Positions 33,750-44,477 are shown, numbered from the stretch's first letter. The stretch is 64,000 nt of DNA from Sulfolobales archaeon HS-7 (GCA_019704295.1 AP024596.1:640001-704000), one strand, 5' to 3'. Notes: generated from the letters alone by a model not told the origin. Numbers and translations: made by a program.

Positions 33750-33784
33750 GAGATAAAAAGCACTCTGTCTACAACTGTATACAA
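33750..33784 (-). promoter_or_regulatory. slaA promoter (TTTTTAT box) with upstream tandem 10-bp repeat
   Basis: Minus strand TTGTATACAG-TTGTAGACAG-AGTGC-TTTTTAT about 33 nt upstream of ATG 33720. Confidence 0.5.
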
Positions 33785-34124
33785 AAGAGCTCCCTGCTTA
33801 TGCTTTACTCAAAGTCTAGAAACCCTTAGTGATGTGGATTTGTCAAGGTGTTAATTTCACCTCTCCAAAAAATTTCACGTAACCGTACTTTCTTGAAGTT
33901 CTGAATACTCTATAATATTTGTCGGGGAGGAATTGAAGTTTTTCAATTACAACGAACCTATTCTAACATCCGTTAATTCTAGTCACGTAAAACCCGGCCC
34001 CAAGCACTTTCCTAGGTTTAAGAAGCGGATATCACTATTATTATTATTTATGAAATATCAATACTGTAATTTTTTAAAATTTTATTGAAAATATTTCGAA
34101 ATCCAAAAGAGGAAAGTATTACCA

Positions 34125-34470
34125 GTGAACTGCCCTGCCATTACGGATAGAGCTTTCTAGCCGCCGGCTTGCCCAAAGGACTCCACAGCTACTAAGGGTA
34201 CCCTACATTGAACTTCCATTTTCAGAGCGTTCCTTACAGTACTGTTGATTGGAAATGTAATACATCAACCCTCGCTCATGATGACTCCGTCAGCGGCTGT
34301 TATTATACTTTTTAGAGCTAAGACCAAACTTCTCTTCTTCAAGAACATTCCTTGAACAGGATTTATGCTAAAGGAGATAAAAGAAGATCCGTTGATGTTT
34401 AGAGTACGAGGAGGTATATTAGTCCTGCAAGAACTCATTAAGGGGGCTATCCCAAAAAGCTTCCCCATAA
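34125..34470 (-). mobile_element. SMN-like element copy C
   Basis: Core GCGAGGGTTGATGT (34262-34275), right end ...GAAAGCTCTATCCGTAATGGCAGGGCAGTTCAC, left-end-like GGGGCTATCC at 34443. Confidence 0.65.
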
Positions 34471-34516
34471 GTACCCATCAAGATGAAACTCGGACAAACT
34501 TTCTGGTATTCAACAA

Positions 34517-36862
34517 TTAATGCAATTTGTTTAGAATAGTATGACTAATATTATATTTTCTTCCCATTATAAAAACGACATAGGCTAATATAGAAATAGA
34601 TGAAATGATCATACCGTAAAACTCGTATTCAGAACCGTTAAATACGAGGATGAAACAGTAGTTTCCTTCGGGATATTCCCCAACTTTAAAGGTAGGCACA
34701 AGTCCGGTACCGTTCTCCACGCTCACGTTAAACTCGGTATTCGCATAAACTCTCTCCCTAATCTGGTTAGGTACGAACTTAATAGAGCAGGAGATTAGGT
34801 TAGAGGTGTTAGCCACAACCAATTGGGACTCAGAGTAGTTACTAACGCTCACGGAGATAATTTCTATGCTCTGGTTGAAGTGCAGATAGAGCTTTACCTC
34901 AGACACGTTACCATTAAGGAAAATAGACGTTGTATTTCCTGATATATCGTTAAAGAACCCCGTCCCGTTACTGTAATACCAGAGGATGGTCATAACTGAC
35001 GCGGGAGATCTCCTCATAACTACCGAAAAGTTACCTACGATCACCTTACCGGAGAAGTTGAAGATCAGAAAGGAGTTCTGCGATGAGGGAGGAATCCAAG
35101 TTATTTGCTGATAAATTCCGTAGGCCTTAACTAAAGAGGCCTCTCCGTCCTGAACAGTTATGATAGGAATTAATGATGGATATGTGGGTTTAACAACGGG
35201 CTCTAGGATGAGAGGGTACCCCCGAAACGCGGGATTGGGTTGCAGGGAGTTATTCTCCACGAGGAATTTATCATAACTTGTAACGTTCTTCGTGAACGGT
35301 TGTGATAGGGCATACCCAAGGGAGGAGTTGAATGCGACCAGCAAAAGGGAGGAGTTAGTGAGCTTCTGATCAAGGGAGTAAATCTGATTAAGCGTTTCCT
35401 GATTAATGTACTCCCTCTGAGCAACGGCTGAGGCGGAAAACCCTACGGTAAAAATGGATAGGGCGATCATTCCCAATGCCATCACAGTCCTAGAATTGAC
35501 GCGGAGGAACGCGAGGAAGGAGAGCAACTCCTCCAGGAAGAGAGAGGGAATACCAATTATAGACAGGAAGAGCCCCACTACTAGCGTCTCGATAATTTCC
35601 ATCCACCCCTTCTGCCTGAAGTAGTAGGCGGAAAAGGCGATTCCTAATAGCGCGACCACAGGAAATACAACGGAGGAGGGAGTGAGGAAAATCCCTTCCA
35701 ACGCGATCGTGGGCAAAAGCCAGAAGGCGTTAACGCCCAAGGTGATCAGAACGTAAGGTAATTTCCTTAACGTTAGGTAAGAGTAAACGTAGGTCGTCAC
35801 TAATGCTGAAACGAATATCGGCGGACTTGAGGCCATCACGACTGAGGAGAAAACTGCCGGTAAGACGTCCCATTTCTTCCCTGAAATTACGCTGGAGAAG
35901 AAGAGGGGAGCTAAGGCGTAGGCTAGCGTTGAGGTTCCGAAGTGTATTACGGGATCTAAGAAGGACAGCTGGTAAAGTACAGAACCTAGAAAGGCTAACT
36001 TGAAGTTAATACCCATTAGTTTCAGGGAGGCAAAAGTGCTAATTCCAGCTAAGTATACGGCCAACGCCAGGTAAACCTCTCCTCGTAGAAGTCCCGAGAA
36101 CGGAAGTAAATGGGAAATAACCCACGGAAAGATCTGGTTTAAAGTTACGTAAGTTCCCTTCCCTGGAATCCAGAGGGAGAGTATGTTAGAGAACTTGTAG
36201 TAAAAGGAGAGAGAGTTCCAGTAATAATAAGGTTCTCCCAGCGGATAACCCCGCATAATCGCTAGGTAAGACAGGGGCAGGGATCCTACAATCCCCAGAA
36301 ACCACTGTTTTTTTAATCTGGAGGGAATGGAAACGTCCTGTACTGCGATCGAAATAACTCCCGTCAAGAGATAGTAAAAAACTGCATCTCCGGCTAGGGT
36401 GGAAAGGGATTGGCTTATCGAGTACTCGTAGCCTGCAAACAGAAGAAACGCTATTCCAGATATAATGAGGCCCCTTCTGTCCAAGTTTAGGGAGAAGAGA
36501 AGAACGGCTATTGCTACCGTCGTAAGGAATATCTCTGCCTGTGAAAACAATCCGGAAAGGGTTACAAAACCTGGTACCAGTGATATGAGAAATGATGGGA
36601 TTATCTCGTTGTTTACGAATGATACCCCAACGAGTAGCACCGTAAAGATCAGGTAAGACTCGCGAAGTTCGATTGTCTGTAGAGCAATCAGAAAAAGCAA
36701 GAAGGCTCCGTTAACGTACTGTAACTTAAGCTTTGAGGAAATCCCCGTTAATAGGGAGAACACCGCTAAGTAGGGGAGGAGAGGTAGGTAATGATAGGAT
36801 AATGCCATAGTTACAAAGATAGATAAGGAGGCCGCTAGATCACTATCCTTCATATTGGACAT
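34517..36862 (-). CDS. Large polytopic membrane protein, possibly GT-C-like glycosyltransferase
   Basis: More than 15 hydrophobic segments, NAFWLLP motif, extracellular sequon-rich C-terminal domain plus final TM. Confidence 0.6.
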   Translation of the reverse strand: MSNMKDSDLAASLSIFVTMALSYHYLPLLPYLAVFSLLTGISSKLKLQYVNGAFLLFLIALQTIELRESYLIFTVLLVGVSFVNNEIIPSFLISLVPGFVTLSGLFSQAEIFLTTVAIAVLLFSLNLDRRGLIISGIAFLLFAGYEYSISQSLSTLAGDAVFYYLLTGVISIAVQDVSIPSRLKKQWFLGIVGSLPLSYLAIMRGYPLGEPYYYWNSLSFYYKFSNILSLWIPGKGTYVTLNQIFPWVISHLLPFSGLLRGEVYLALAVYLAGISTFASLKLMGINFKLAFLGSVLYQLSFLDPVIHFGTSTLAYALAPLFFSSVISGKKWDVLPAVFSSVVMASSPPIFVSALVTTYVYSYLTLRKLPYVLITLGVNAFWLLPTIALEGIFLTPSSVVFPVVALLGIAFSAYYFRQKGWMEIIETLVVGLFLSIIGIPSLFLEELLSFLAFLRVNSRTVMALGMIALSIFTVGFSASAVAQREYINQETLNQIYSLDQKLTNSSLLLVAFNSSLGYALSQPFTKNVTSYDKFLVENNSLQPNPAFRGYPLILEPVVKPTYPSLIPIITVQDGEASLVKAYGIYQQITWIPPSSQNSFLIFNFSGKVIVGNFSVVMRRSPASVMTILWYYSNGTGFFNDISGNTTSIFLNGNVSEVKLYLHFNQSIEIISVSVSNYSESQLVVANTSNLISCSIKFVPNQIRERVYANTEFNVSVENGTGLVPTFKVGEYPEGNYCFILVFNGSEYEFYGMIISSISILAYVVFIMGRKYNISHTILNKLH

Positions 36863-36897
36863 CAGGAGAATTTGAAAAAATTAAAATCTTATCTTAA

Positions 36898-38397
36898 CTA
36901 CCTGCGGGCTACAAGCACTACCACTACCGCCACGACCAGTATAACGACTACGGCTATAATTATGTATAGTGTCACGTTAGTTGGGGGAGTTGTTGTGGTG
37001 GGGGTAGTTACTGGTGGAGTCGTCGACGAGTGAGTTACAGGCGGAACAGTTGTAGTTGAAGAGGTAGTAGATGTCGTAGTTACTGGGGGAGTCGTCGTGG
37101 TCGTAGTACTGGTGGTTGTGGTGGTCGTATTAGTTACTGGGGGAGTCGTCGTGGTCGTAGTACTGGTGGTTGTGGTGGTCGATGTTGTTGTGGCAGTAGT
37201 GGTCGTTGTGGTAGTAGTACTTGTGGTTGTAGTAGTCGACGTAGTACTTGTTGTAGTCGTTATGGTAGTGCTAGTTGTAGTTACTGTTGGTAACACTCCT
37301 GTAGACACCGTACCCGTAGGAGTGGTTATACTCACTGAATAGTTGGTTAGTGACCCTACCTCAGACTCAGGTATCACCACCTGCTCGGAAGAGGGCGTCA
37401 TAGCCCAAGGTAAACCGTTACTCGTACCGTAGTAATATGACTGTAGACCCTGCTGAATTTGACTCACGTTGGTCAATTCGCAGGAGTACTTACCGGAAGA
37501 GCCGTAGAGAGTTACTGTGTAGGAGTTTTCAGGAGAAAATGGATACTGTATCGTTACTAAGTAGTAATTACCTATCTCGCTGATCGTTCCTGAGATCCCG
37601 TTTTCGGAAAATGTGTACTTAGGGGTTACAGTGTTCATTCCAGTAAGTTTATATCCATTAACGCTGTGGGTGAAGTTGAAGAAAACTACAGCGTAATTCT
37701 CATCTGAGAGTATAGTCGTATCATGGCCTGACACAGCTACGGTTTTATACATCTCCCCTTCTATTAGAACGTAGTATATCCCAGTAGGTACATTACTTGG
37801 TATGTAAACGTCAGCAAGAAAAGAGTATCCCTGACCACTTATCAGCGGAAAGATGAACGGTTTTCCCTGTACCCCGATCCAAGGTGAACTTGGGGGTATG
37901 TTCGAGTAAACCGGTTCCTCACCACTCCCGAATATACCCTGCGAGTAAAATGTAACGTTAAAAACGGAGTAGCCTGCATTGACGTTGAAAATCCTATAGG
38001 GTTCGACCGAACCGTTTATAATTATGGTGGGGGATGAGTAGTTTTGAGCTGCGACCTGGGTAATGTTAATGTAGGCCGATATTCCGTTTAAAGTAACGTT
38101 ATTTAATCCTACTGGCAATGTGAGAGTGACGGGTTCTACTGAATACGAACTAACGCTTACTGATGTGGACTTTCCATTTACGTAAAGTTGACCGCTAGTC
38201 GTATATGGATTTTCATTCACGACGTATACGTTAACCGTTGCCGTGCTAGAGTCGGTATAAACGTGAATGTCTCCCGGGGGAACAAGTACTAGTCCTGCGG
38301 AATTGTTGGGGTTGTTTTGAGCCAGAGGAAGAAAAGAGAGTCCTAGTATGCCCAATATTACAATTAATATGGATAATACCCTTTTCATGATGTTCAA
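36898..38397 (-). CDS. Secreted, C-terminally anchored surface glycoprotein with Thr-rich stalk
   Basis: Signal peptide, beta-rich domains, about 100-aa poly-T/PPVT linker, TM plus RR. Confidence 0.85.
   Translation of the reverse strand: MNIMKRVLSILIVILGILGLSFLPLAQNNPNNSAGLVLVPPGDIHVYTDSSTATVNVYVVNENPYTTSGQLYVNGKSTSVSVSSYSVEPVTLTLPVGLNNVTLNGISAYINITQVAAQNYSSPTIIINGSVEPYRIFNVNAGYSVFNVTFYSQGIFGSGEEPVYSNIPPSSPWIGVQGKPFIFPLISGQGYSFLADVYIPSNVPTGIYYVLIEGEMYKTVAVSGHDTTILSDENYAVVFFNFTHSVNGYKLTGMNTVTPKYTFSENGISGTISEIGNYYLVTIQYPFSPENSYTVTLYGSSGKYSCELTNVSQIQQGLQSYYYGTSNGLPWAMTPSSEQVVIPESEVGSLTNYSVSITTPTGTVSTGVLPTVTTTSTTITTTTSTTSTTTTTSTTTTTTTTATTTSTTTTTSTTTTTTPPVTNTTTTTTSTTTTTTPPVTTTSTTSSTTTVPPVTHSSTTPPVTTPTTTTPPTNVTLYIIIAVVVILVVAVVVVLVARR
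37077..37181. repeat. Perfect 51-bp direct repeat (period 54 bp) in Thr-rich stalk
   Basis: TAGTTACTGGGGGAGTCGTCGTGGTCGTAGTACTGGTGGTTGTGGTGGTCG at 37077-37127 and 37131-37181. Confidence 0.9.
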
Positions 38398-38460
38398 TCA
38401 CTTCTCTTAGAAAGAGTTAAAAATCCTTCTGCTTAGAATATTATAACATTTCGGTTAAAT

Positions 38461-39534
38461 TTATGATTCTCTTTCTGAAATTATGGAGTTAGGAGGGAGT
38501 ACTTTTCCGTGCTCCACTCTAGCCAAGGGAGCAATAAGTGCCCCTAACTTATTTTCCTCCCCTCTTATCAACGTAGCCGGGTAGCTCGCTGTCACTACTG
38601 ACGCGCCTATTCGGGCCTTCTTCCCTATTATGGAGTGATTTATGTAAGATTTAGAACCTATTTCTACCCCCTCCTGAATTGACGAATTGGAGATCTCAAC
38701 ATAAGCACCTATAGATGAGTTCCTCTCGACGCATGAGAAGTTCCTTACAAGCGAGAAGTTTCCAACGTAAGAGTTTTTCCCGATATACGCTGGTCCTCTG
38801 ATCACCGCATACTCATCAATTACAGCCCCATCGTCAATAAATACCCCTTTATCTATGATCGCTGTACTTGCTACCTTAGCCCTCCTACTTATCGTAGTTT
38901 TGGCATCACTTAATAGTCCTCTTATTGACCTTAGCAAATCCTCAGGATAACCTATATCGAACCAAAGCCCGCTCCATACGAAGTAATTACCTACAGCTCT
39001 CCTTAGATACAGGGAAAAGTCGTCGAACTTCTCCTTTCTCAGGATATACGCTCCTCCTAACGCCAACGTTGATTCCCTCTCAGTTAGTCCCACGAATTTA
39101 CCTCCCTCTACCTTAGCCAATCCATAAGTGTTCAATCCCCTACTTACTGGAACTAAGGCAAACGTTGGCTCTCCTCCTTGGTGGGCATTAAGGAGGGAAG
39201 TGTAGAATGAGTTCTCGGCTATTATGTCGCCAAATACCAGAATATACTCGTCATCAACGTAATCCAGACCCGTATTAATCGCACCGGTTATGCCTCCTTG
39301 TCTCTGCCTTACGAACTCGAAGTCGGCCTCAACATTCGATTCCCTGATCGCATTAATAATGTCGTCCCTTTCGTTAATAACTACGATAAATTCCCTTATC
39401 CCAGCGTCATATAAGCCGGAGACGCTGTACATTACTATGGGTTTTCCGCATACCTCTACTGCCTCCTTCTGCACGCCTTGGGTTACGGGATATAACCCCT
39501 CCCCCTTCCCTCCCGCTAAAACTACGGCCTTCAT
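38461..39534 (-). CDS. Sugar-phosphate nucleotidyltransferase with hexapeptide (LbH) domain, GlmU-like
   Basis: AVVLAGGKG, WFDIGYP, C-terminal hexapeptide repeats; downstream of glmS. Confidence 0.88.
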   Translation of the reverse strand: MKAVVLAGGKGEGLYPVTQGVQKEAVEVCGKPIVMYSVSGLYDAGIREFIVVINERDDIINAIRESNVEADFEFVRQRQGGITGAINTGLDYVDDEYILVFGDIIAENSFYTSLLNAHQGGEPTFALVPVSRGLNTYGLAKVEGGKFVGLTERESTLALGGAYILRKEKFDDFSLYLRRAVGNYFVWSGLWFDIGYPEDLLRSIRGLLSDAKTTISRRAKVASTAIIDKGVFIDDGAVIDEYAVIRGPAYIGKNSYVGNFSLVRNFSCVERNSSIGAYVEISNSSIQEGVEIGSKSYINHSIIGKKARIGASVVTASYPATLIRGEENKLGALIAPLARVEHGKVLPPNSIISERES

Positions 39535-41294
39535 TCAACTGTCACCGTTTTTGCTAGGTTCCTAGGTCTGTCGGGATTGTATTTCCTCTCAACAGCCGTA
39601 TAATAAGCCAATAACTGAATTAGGGGGGAAATCGCAAAGGGTCCGTATCCCGGTTCCCCCAATACGTTTACTGATAGTCTTGACGATAATGACGAGTTGT
39701 ACCCTATAATTACGGGATCAGCACCCCTTGCCTCCATTTCCTTTACGTTCCCCTCAAGAATTATCGATTTCCTCTCCCCGTTGATTACCTCTCCATCGTC
39801 AATAAAAATTACTGGAAATCCCTTCTCGACTAACGCGATAGGTCCGTGCTTGCTTTCCCCCGCAGGGTAGGCCTCTGCATGAACGTAAGCTATTTCCTTT
39901 AATTTGAGCGCACCCTCCATTGCAAGGGGAACGCCCAGCCCTCTACCTAGGTAATAGCAGTTTTCTTTCAAGGATAAGAACTTCGCAATGTCCTTTACAT
40001 AACCTTCCATCTGAATAGACTTCTCCATGACTGCATGAACTCCTTCAAGCCTGTTAACGTCTCCGTATAACATCTCCTTTAGGAAGTAAAACAGTGCGAT
40101 TTCCGATGTAAAAGTTTTCGTAGCGGCTACGGAGATCTCCGGCCCTGCCCTCATATATAACCTGTATTCGGCTTCCCTTGATATCGTTGAACCCATTACG
40201 TTAGTAATGGAAACAGTAGTAGAACCCAACTCCTTGAAATGTCTCATGGCGAGGAGAGTATCCATTGTTTCACCGCTCTGGCTAACCGCTATCACTAAGT
40301 CAGCCTTAGGGTAGTTGTACCACTCTGAGGATATAACAGGGAGGGCTCTTTTTCCCTCCCTTTGTAAGAGAATGCTGAAAAGAAAGGACGCATGATAACT
40401 CGTTCCAGCTGAAATTAAAAAGACGTCCTTGGCGGACTCTATTAACCGAGTTACGTTCCTGACGTTTTCTATATCGGATCTAAGCCCTTCTATTGTCTCC
40501 TTAACCGATAAGGGAGATTCGTGAATTTCCTTTAACATAAAGTGGGGAAAACCCTCCTTTGAGGCGGACTCTGCATTCCAAGTAATCTGAATGGTCGCCT
40601 TAACGTAGTCCACTTCCCTTCCTCCATTCTCTATGTATATTCCTCCTGGAGAAACGTAACCTATATCCCCATTCTGAAGTATTATTACCCTTTTAGTATA
40701 CTGTAAGAATGCCGATATGTCACTCGCGATGAAGAACTTGTCCTCTCCTAGGCCAATCACCAGTGGACTGTCCTTGCGGGCGAAATATATTCTGTCCCCG
40801 ATAACTGCGAGAATAGAGTAAGTGCCTTGGAGAAGGTTTACAGCCTTCTTGAAGGCGTCAAATTCCCTCTCCCCCATTTTCATGAAGTGCTCTATCATGT
40901 GGGGTATTACCTCAGTATCCGTCTCGCTATTGAAATTATGTCCTAAAGATTGAAGCTGTTCTCTGAGTTCCTTAAAATTCCTTATAATTCCATTGTGCAC
41001 TACCGCAATTTTCCCGGCACAATCGAGGTGGGGATGAGCGTTGTAATCAGTAACCCCTCCATGTGTAGCCCACCTAGTGTGGCCAACTAATACGTTACCT
41101 TTAGTCGCATCGATATTGAATTTCCTTGATAGGTTCTCCACGCTTCCTACGGATTTTACGACTTTCATCCCCTCCTTTCCCATTACTACAACTCCGGCAC
41201 TATCATATCCCCTATACTCCAGTCTCGACAGGCAGGTCAGCAGGAGTGATGCCTTTTCGTCCCTCTTTGACACTATACCTATAATACCACACAT
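39531..41294 (-). CDS. glmS: Glutamine-fructose-6-phosphate transaminase
   Basis: MCGIIG, EYRGYDSAG, GHTRWATHG, SQSGET, PRNLAKTVTVE. Confidence 0.98.
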   Translation of the reverse strand: MCGIIGIVSKRDEKASLLLTCLSRLEYRGYDSAGVVVMGKEGMKVVKSVGSVENLSRKFNIDATKGNVLVGHTRWATHGGVTDYNAHPHLDCAGKIAVVHNGIIRNFKELREQLQSLGHNFNSETDTEVIPHMIEHFMKMGEREFDAFKKAVNLLQGTYSILAVIGDRIYFARKDSPLVIGLGEDKFFIASDISAFLQYTKRVIILQNGDIGYVSPGGIYIENGGREVDYVKATIQITWNAESASKEGFPHFMLKEIHESPLSVKETIEGLRSDIENVRNVTRLIESAKDVFLISAGTSYHASFLFSILLQREGKRALPVISSEWYNYPKADLVIAVSQSGETMDTLLAMRHFKELGSTTVSITNVMGSTISREAEYRLYMRAGPEISVAATKTFTSEIALFYFLKEMLYGDVNRLEGVHAVMEKSIQMEGYVKDIAKFLSLKENCYYLGRGLGVPLAMEGALKLKEIAYVHAEAYPAGESKHGPIALVEKGFPVIFIDDGEVINGERKSIILEGNVKEMEARGADPVIIGYNSSLSSRLSVNVLGEPGYGPFAISPLIQLLAYYTAVERKYNPDRPRNLAKTVTVE

Positions 41295-41364
41295 TTGCTT
41301 AGATTGAAAATTATTAACTTAAGATTAAATCTCTTTTCGGATAACAACATTCAGTGAAGTTTCC

Positions 41365-41826
41365 TTGAGATGTTTAATTCAAATAACGGGGGAGAGCGGG
41401 AGCGGGAAGACATATGCCGCTGAGATTCTGACTAGAAAACTAAGGGAAATGGGGAAGAGCGTTATTTACGTTAAGGGTTCTCATCACGAGGCATCAACTC
41501 TTGATAAGGATACTTCAAGACTTCTTGAGGCCGGCGCGAAAGCTTCTATCTTCATGGGTAGAAACTTCGCTATATTTACGAAGAGTTTGCCCGACCCAGA
41601 GTTCATTAAATACCTTCCTGCAGACGTTATACTAATTGAGGGAATGACCTCCCTAAATCTAGGAAGGAGAATAAGGGCTAATGAATCTGAGGAGCTGTTG
41701 GAAGAACTTAAAGAGTGTAAGTATGAACCCAGTGTAATAGTAAATAACGACACAGACCCCCTAATTATGGGTGTTTTAGAGATGATTATGAGAGTTTACA
41801 AAGTATCTAACGTTTACTTAAAATGA
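41365..41826 (+). CDS. mobB: MobB-like molybdopterin-guanine dinucleotide biosynthesis protein
   Basis: GESGSGKT, K..HH, KDT.R...AGA, DVILIEG. Confidence 0.8.
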   Translation: MRCLIQITGESGSGKTYAAEILTRKLREMGKSVIYVKGSHHEASTLDKDTSRLLEAGAKASIFMGRNFAIFTKSLPDPEFIKYLPADVILIEGMTSLNLGRRIRANESEELLEELKECKYEPSVIVNNDTDPLIMGVLEMIMRVYKVSNVYLK

Positions 41827-42859
41827 CTTCGACGTAATTGAGGATCTTTTCCCTGAATACCCTAGGGGAGAAGTTCGAAGACCTTAATGCAAGCTCCCTC
41901 CTCATAACTATGTTATTTTTAACCTGGTTGGCTATTTCGCATGCTTCCTTAATGCTATCATAGGATGTCTCAGGCACTACCTCGCTTGCACCACTCTCTT
42001 TAGGGACTATGGGAACGACCCCTGCTGCCATTGCCTCTACTACCGGAATTCCGAAGTGTTCACCGATAGTAGGGTGGAAGTATATATTGGCATTACGCAT
42101 GTAGCTCAGTATTTCCTCTTCCCTTAAATTGGGTAGAAGAGATACATTTACCCTCCTTCTCGTCACTATCTCCTGAAGGTGTCTGAAATAGTTAACGTCG
42201 TTAACATAACCTATTATAAACCCCTTTAATCCACATACATCCGCAAATTCCACTGCTCTTTCTAAATTTTTCCCCCTTTCAAACCTCCCTATGGTAAGAA
42301 AGTAGTTTTCAGAACTTTCATGATAGGCCTTTGAGAAGAAATCGACATTAACTGGAGGGTAAATCACTTCTGGTTCTACTTCATACACTTCCTTTATAGC
42401 CTTAGCAGAGTAACGTGAATTAGCGATAAAGTGGGCTCTCCTCGCTTCATCAGCTAGACGTCTCCTCATTAACTTAAAGGGAAGTAAATATAACGACCAT
42501 ATTCTAGAAGATGAGTATTTAGTTGGTACACTGGCAATTGCAGGAGCTGCACCGTAAATGATATGAGGGGCTAGATCAGAAAGTCTGATTGGGATTCCAG
42601 AAACGTTAAAGAAAACGTCGGGTCTGGTTTTCCTTGCGGAAATGCTCACTAAAAACCTCTGGTATTTATCAAGCCTCTCTAGATAGAATGGGAGGGAATA
42701 GGCTACAGGTGCACTGAGTTGCCTTCTAGGTTTAGAGAAAGAGGCTATTACCACTTTATAACCTGCGCTAGTAAAGGAGATTAAGGCTTCCTCGAACACC
42801 TTGTTTTCTCCACTAAGCTTCTCTGGAATCTTATGAATCACTAGCGTCAGGCTGGTCAA
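41807..42859 (-). CDS. GT4 family glycosyltransferase
   Basis: ANSRYS, VIYPPV, GRFERGK, EHFGIPVVEAMAAG. Confidence 0.93.
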   Translation of the reverse strand: MTSLTLVIHKIPEKLSGENKVFEEALISFTSAGYKVVIASFSKPRRQLSAPVAYSLPFYLERLDKYQRFLVSISARKTRPDVFFNVSGIPIRLSDLAPHIIYGAAPAIASVPTKYSSSRIWSLYLLPFKLMRRRLADEARRAHFIANSRYSAKAIKEVYEVEPEVIYPPVNVDFFSKAYHESSENYFLTIGRFERGKNLERAVEFADVCGLKGFIIGYVNDVNYFRHLQEIVTRRRVNVSLLPNLREEEILSYMRNANIYFHPTIGEHFGIPVVEAMAAGVVPIVPKESGASEVVPETSYDSIKEACEIANQVKNNIVMRRELALRSSNFSPRVFREKILNYVEVILSKR

Positions 42860-43055
42860 TTACATCTCCTATACTTATTCAAGATATGGTTTTAACTTTA
42901 CGGGAATTCGATTTGCCTTTTAGTTAAGCACTTTTCTGAATTTCACGTAGCTTACGTTAACGGTGCCTTAAAAAATATTGGAATTGATACCTTTTCAATT
43001 ATCTAGTGGGAATCAGAGAGGAACCCTAAAACTCGGGGAAGTGCTATTTACGATC

Positions 43056-43170
43056 GAACTACCCTATCCTTACGGACAAGGCGTCTCGGCGACTACGCCG
43101 ATGAGATCATTAAAAGGTGGCTTGTAAGCTCGTATTGAAGTATAAGGGGCTGTTTATCTTCATTATTTCG
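43056..43170 (-). mobile_element. IS605-type end remnants (possible SMN-like copy D)
   Basis: GAACTACCCTATCCTTACGGACAAGGC resembles right ends of copies A and C; ATAAGGGGCTG left-end-like at 43142. Confidence 0.45.
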
Positions 43171-43245
43171 GAAGCTTAATCTATATACAACAACCCTGTT
43201 ATAGATGAAGCTAGGAGACAAAGACCTAAACTTGTCCGTTTGTCC

Positions 43246-44477
43246 CTACACTTTCATTTCAATCATTTTATCTTCAATCATGATCGAGTGTAGGGACTTA
43301 GCCCTCAACCACCTACCCAGCCTCACGGTAGGTGGGTCATGGGACTCCTCCGAGCCCAACGGTACAGGCCTCACATGTCCAGCTTTCTTCAAGAGGTTAT
43401 ACAGAGCTACTACATCCCTGTGCCACAGTTCTCCCCCTTTCTCACATCTACCCACCCTTAGAGCAGGGCTCCCATTAGGTGGGTAGAGAGCATTATAGTC
43501 ACGTACTGAACAAATCAAAGAAGTATATGCTGGGTTGACCAAAATTACCGGAACACCGTACTCCCTAGCCTTCTCCACAACGGCATTCTTCATAGAAGAA
43601 AACGCTGAACGATAAATCCTCAACCTAAGTTGAGGATCCCTCATGTCCTTGACCATGTGCTCTGGGGTATTTATTGGTAAGTCTTCTAAGACTATTGTAC
43701 TCCTTCTTTCCAACGCTTCCGTAACGACTAGCTTAGCAAACTTCCTCCTAACGTCTACTTTCTTGTCCCCTCACTCAATTTCCTTAACTTCCTCCTCGTA
43801 TCCCTGTCCTTAGTAGACTTACCAGTAGTAATTTTCCTCCTCCTATACTCATAGCCTAGGGTAGTCTTCTTCGTCATAGTGTCTAAAAGTAGTGGTTTCC
43901 CGTTAACTAAGAGGGATAAGGAATCCTCGTTTAAGTCCCTTGGAATAAATCCTTGAGGAGCGTAAGGTTTTGGCTCGTCCTTCTTAAAAATGACGTAAAG
44001 TTCCACCACGTTACCCTTCAAGAGCTTAACCCTAGCCTCGTTGGCAACACTCCAACCGTTATTGTAGTACCTCCAGAATATTTTAGGGAAGAGTGGTGAT
44101 AGATAAACCCTACCACGTTTTGTAGCTATCGAGACTTTATCAAGGCTGAACTTCCATAAGTGGTCATCTAAGTGCACTGTAACCCTCCTTACCTCTGGTC
44201 TGTCAGTATAAGCCCTACCCCTCCTCTTCATTTTTTCAAAACTGTCCAACCTCTCGCTAGCGTCTTAACAAGCCCTGTAAATATAGTGTGATGGTAAGTT
44301 CTTGTGTTTCTCCCTCTCAGTCCTATAAACCCCAGCCTTTATCCTGGTAAAGGAGGTAGTTTTTCTTGTTAGCCCGTAGTTCAGTGGCTCCTCTAATATC
44401 TCCATGTACTCAATTTCCTTTAGTTTCTGATAGGTCTCGTAACCCACTTTAACCCTCAGCTTTACTGTCCTCTCCAC
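43246..44477 (-). pseudogene. tnpB: tnpB pseudogene in three fragments
   Basis: ORFs 44265-44477, 43755-44249, 43246-43713 are consecutive TnpB segments. Confidence 0.9.

Noticed and set aside
34265-34468. 67-aa minus-strand ORF
   Set aside because: Lies wholly within repeat copy C and the frame is not evidently preserved in other copies.
37097-37342. Poly-Val ORF on the plus strand
   Set aside because: Antisense shadow of the poly-Thr codons of the surface protein.
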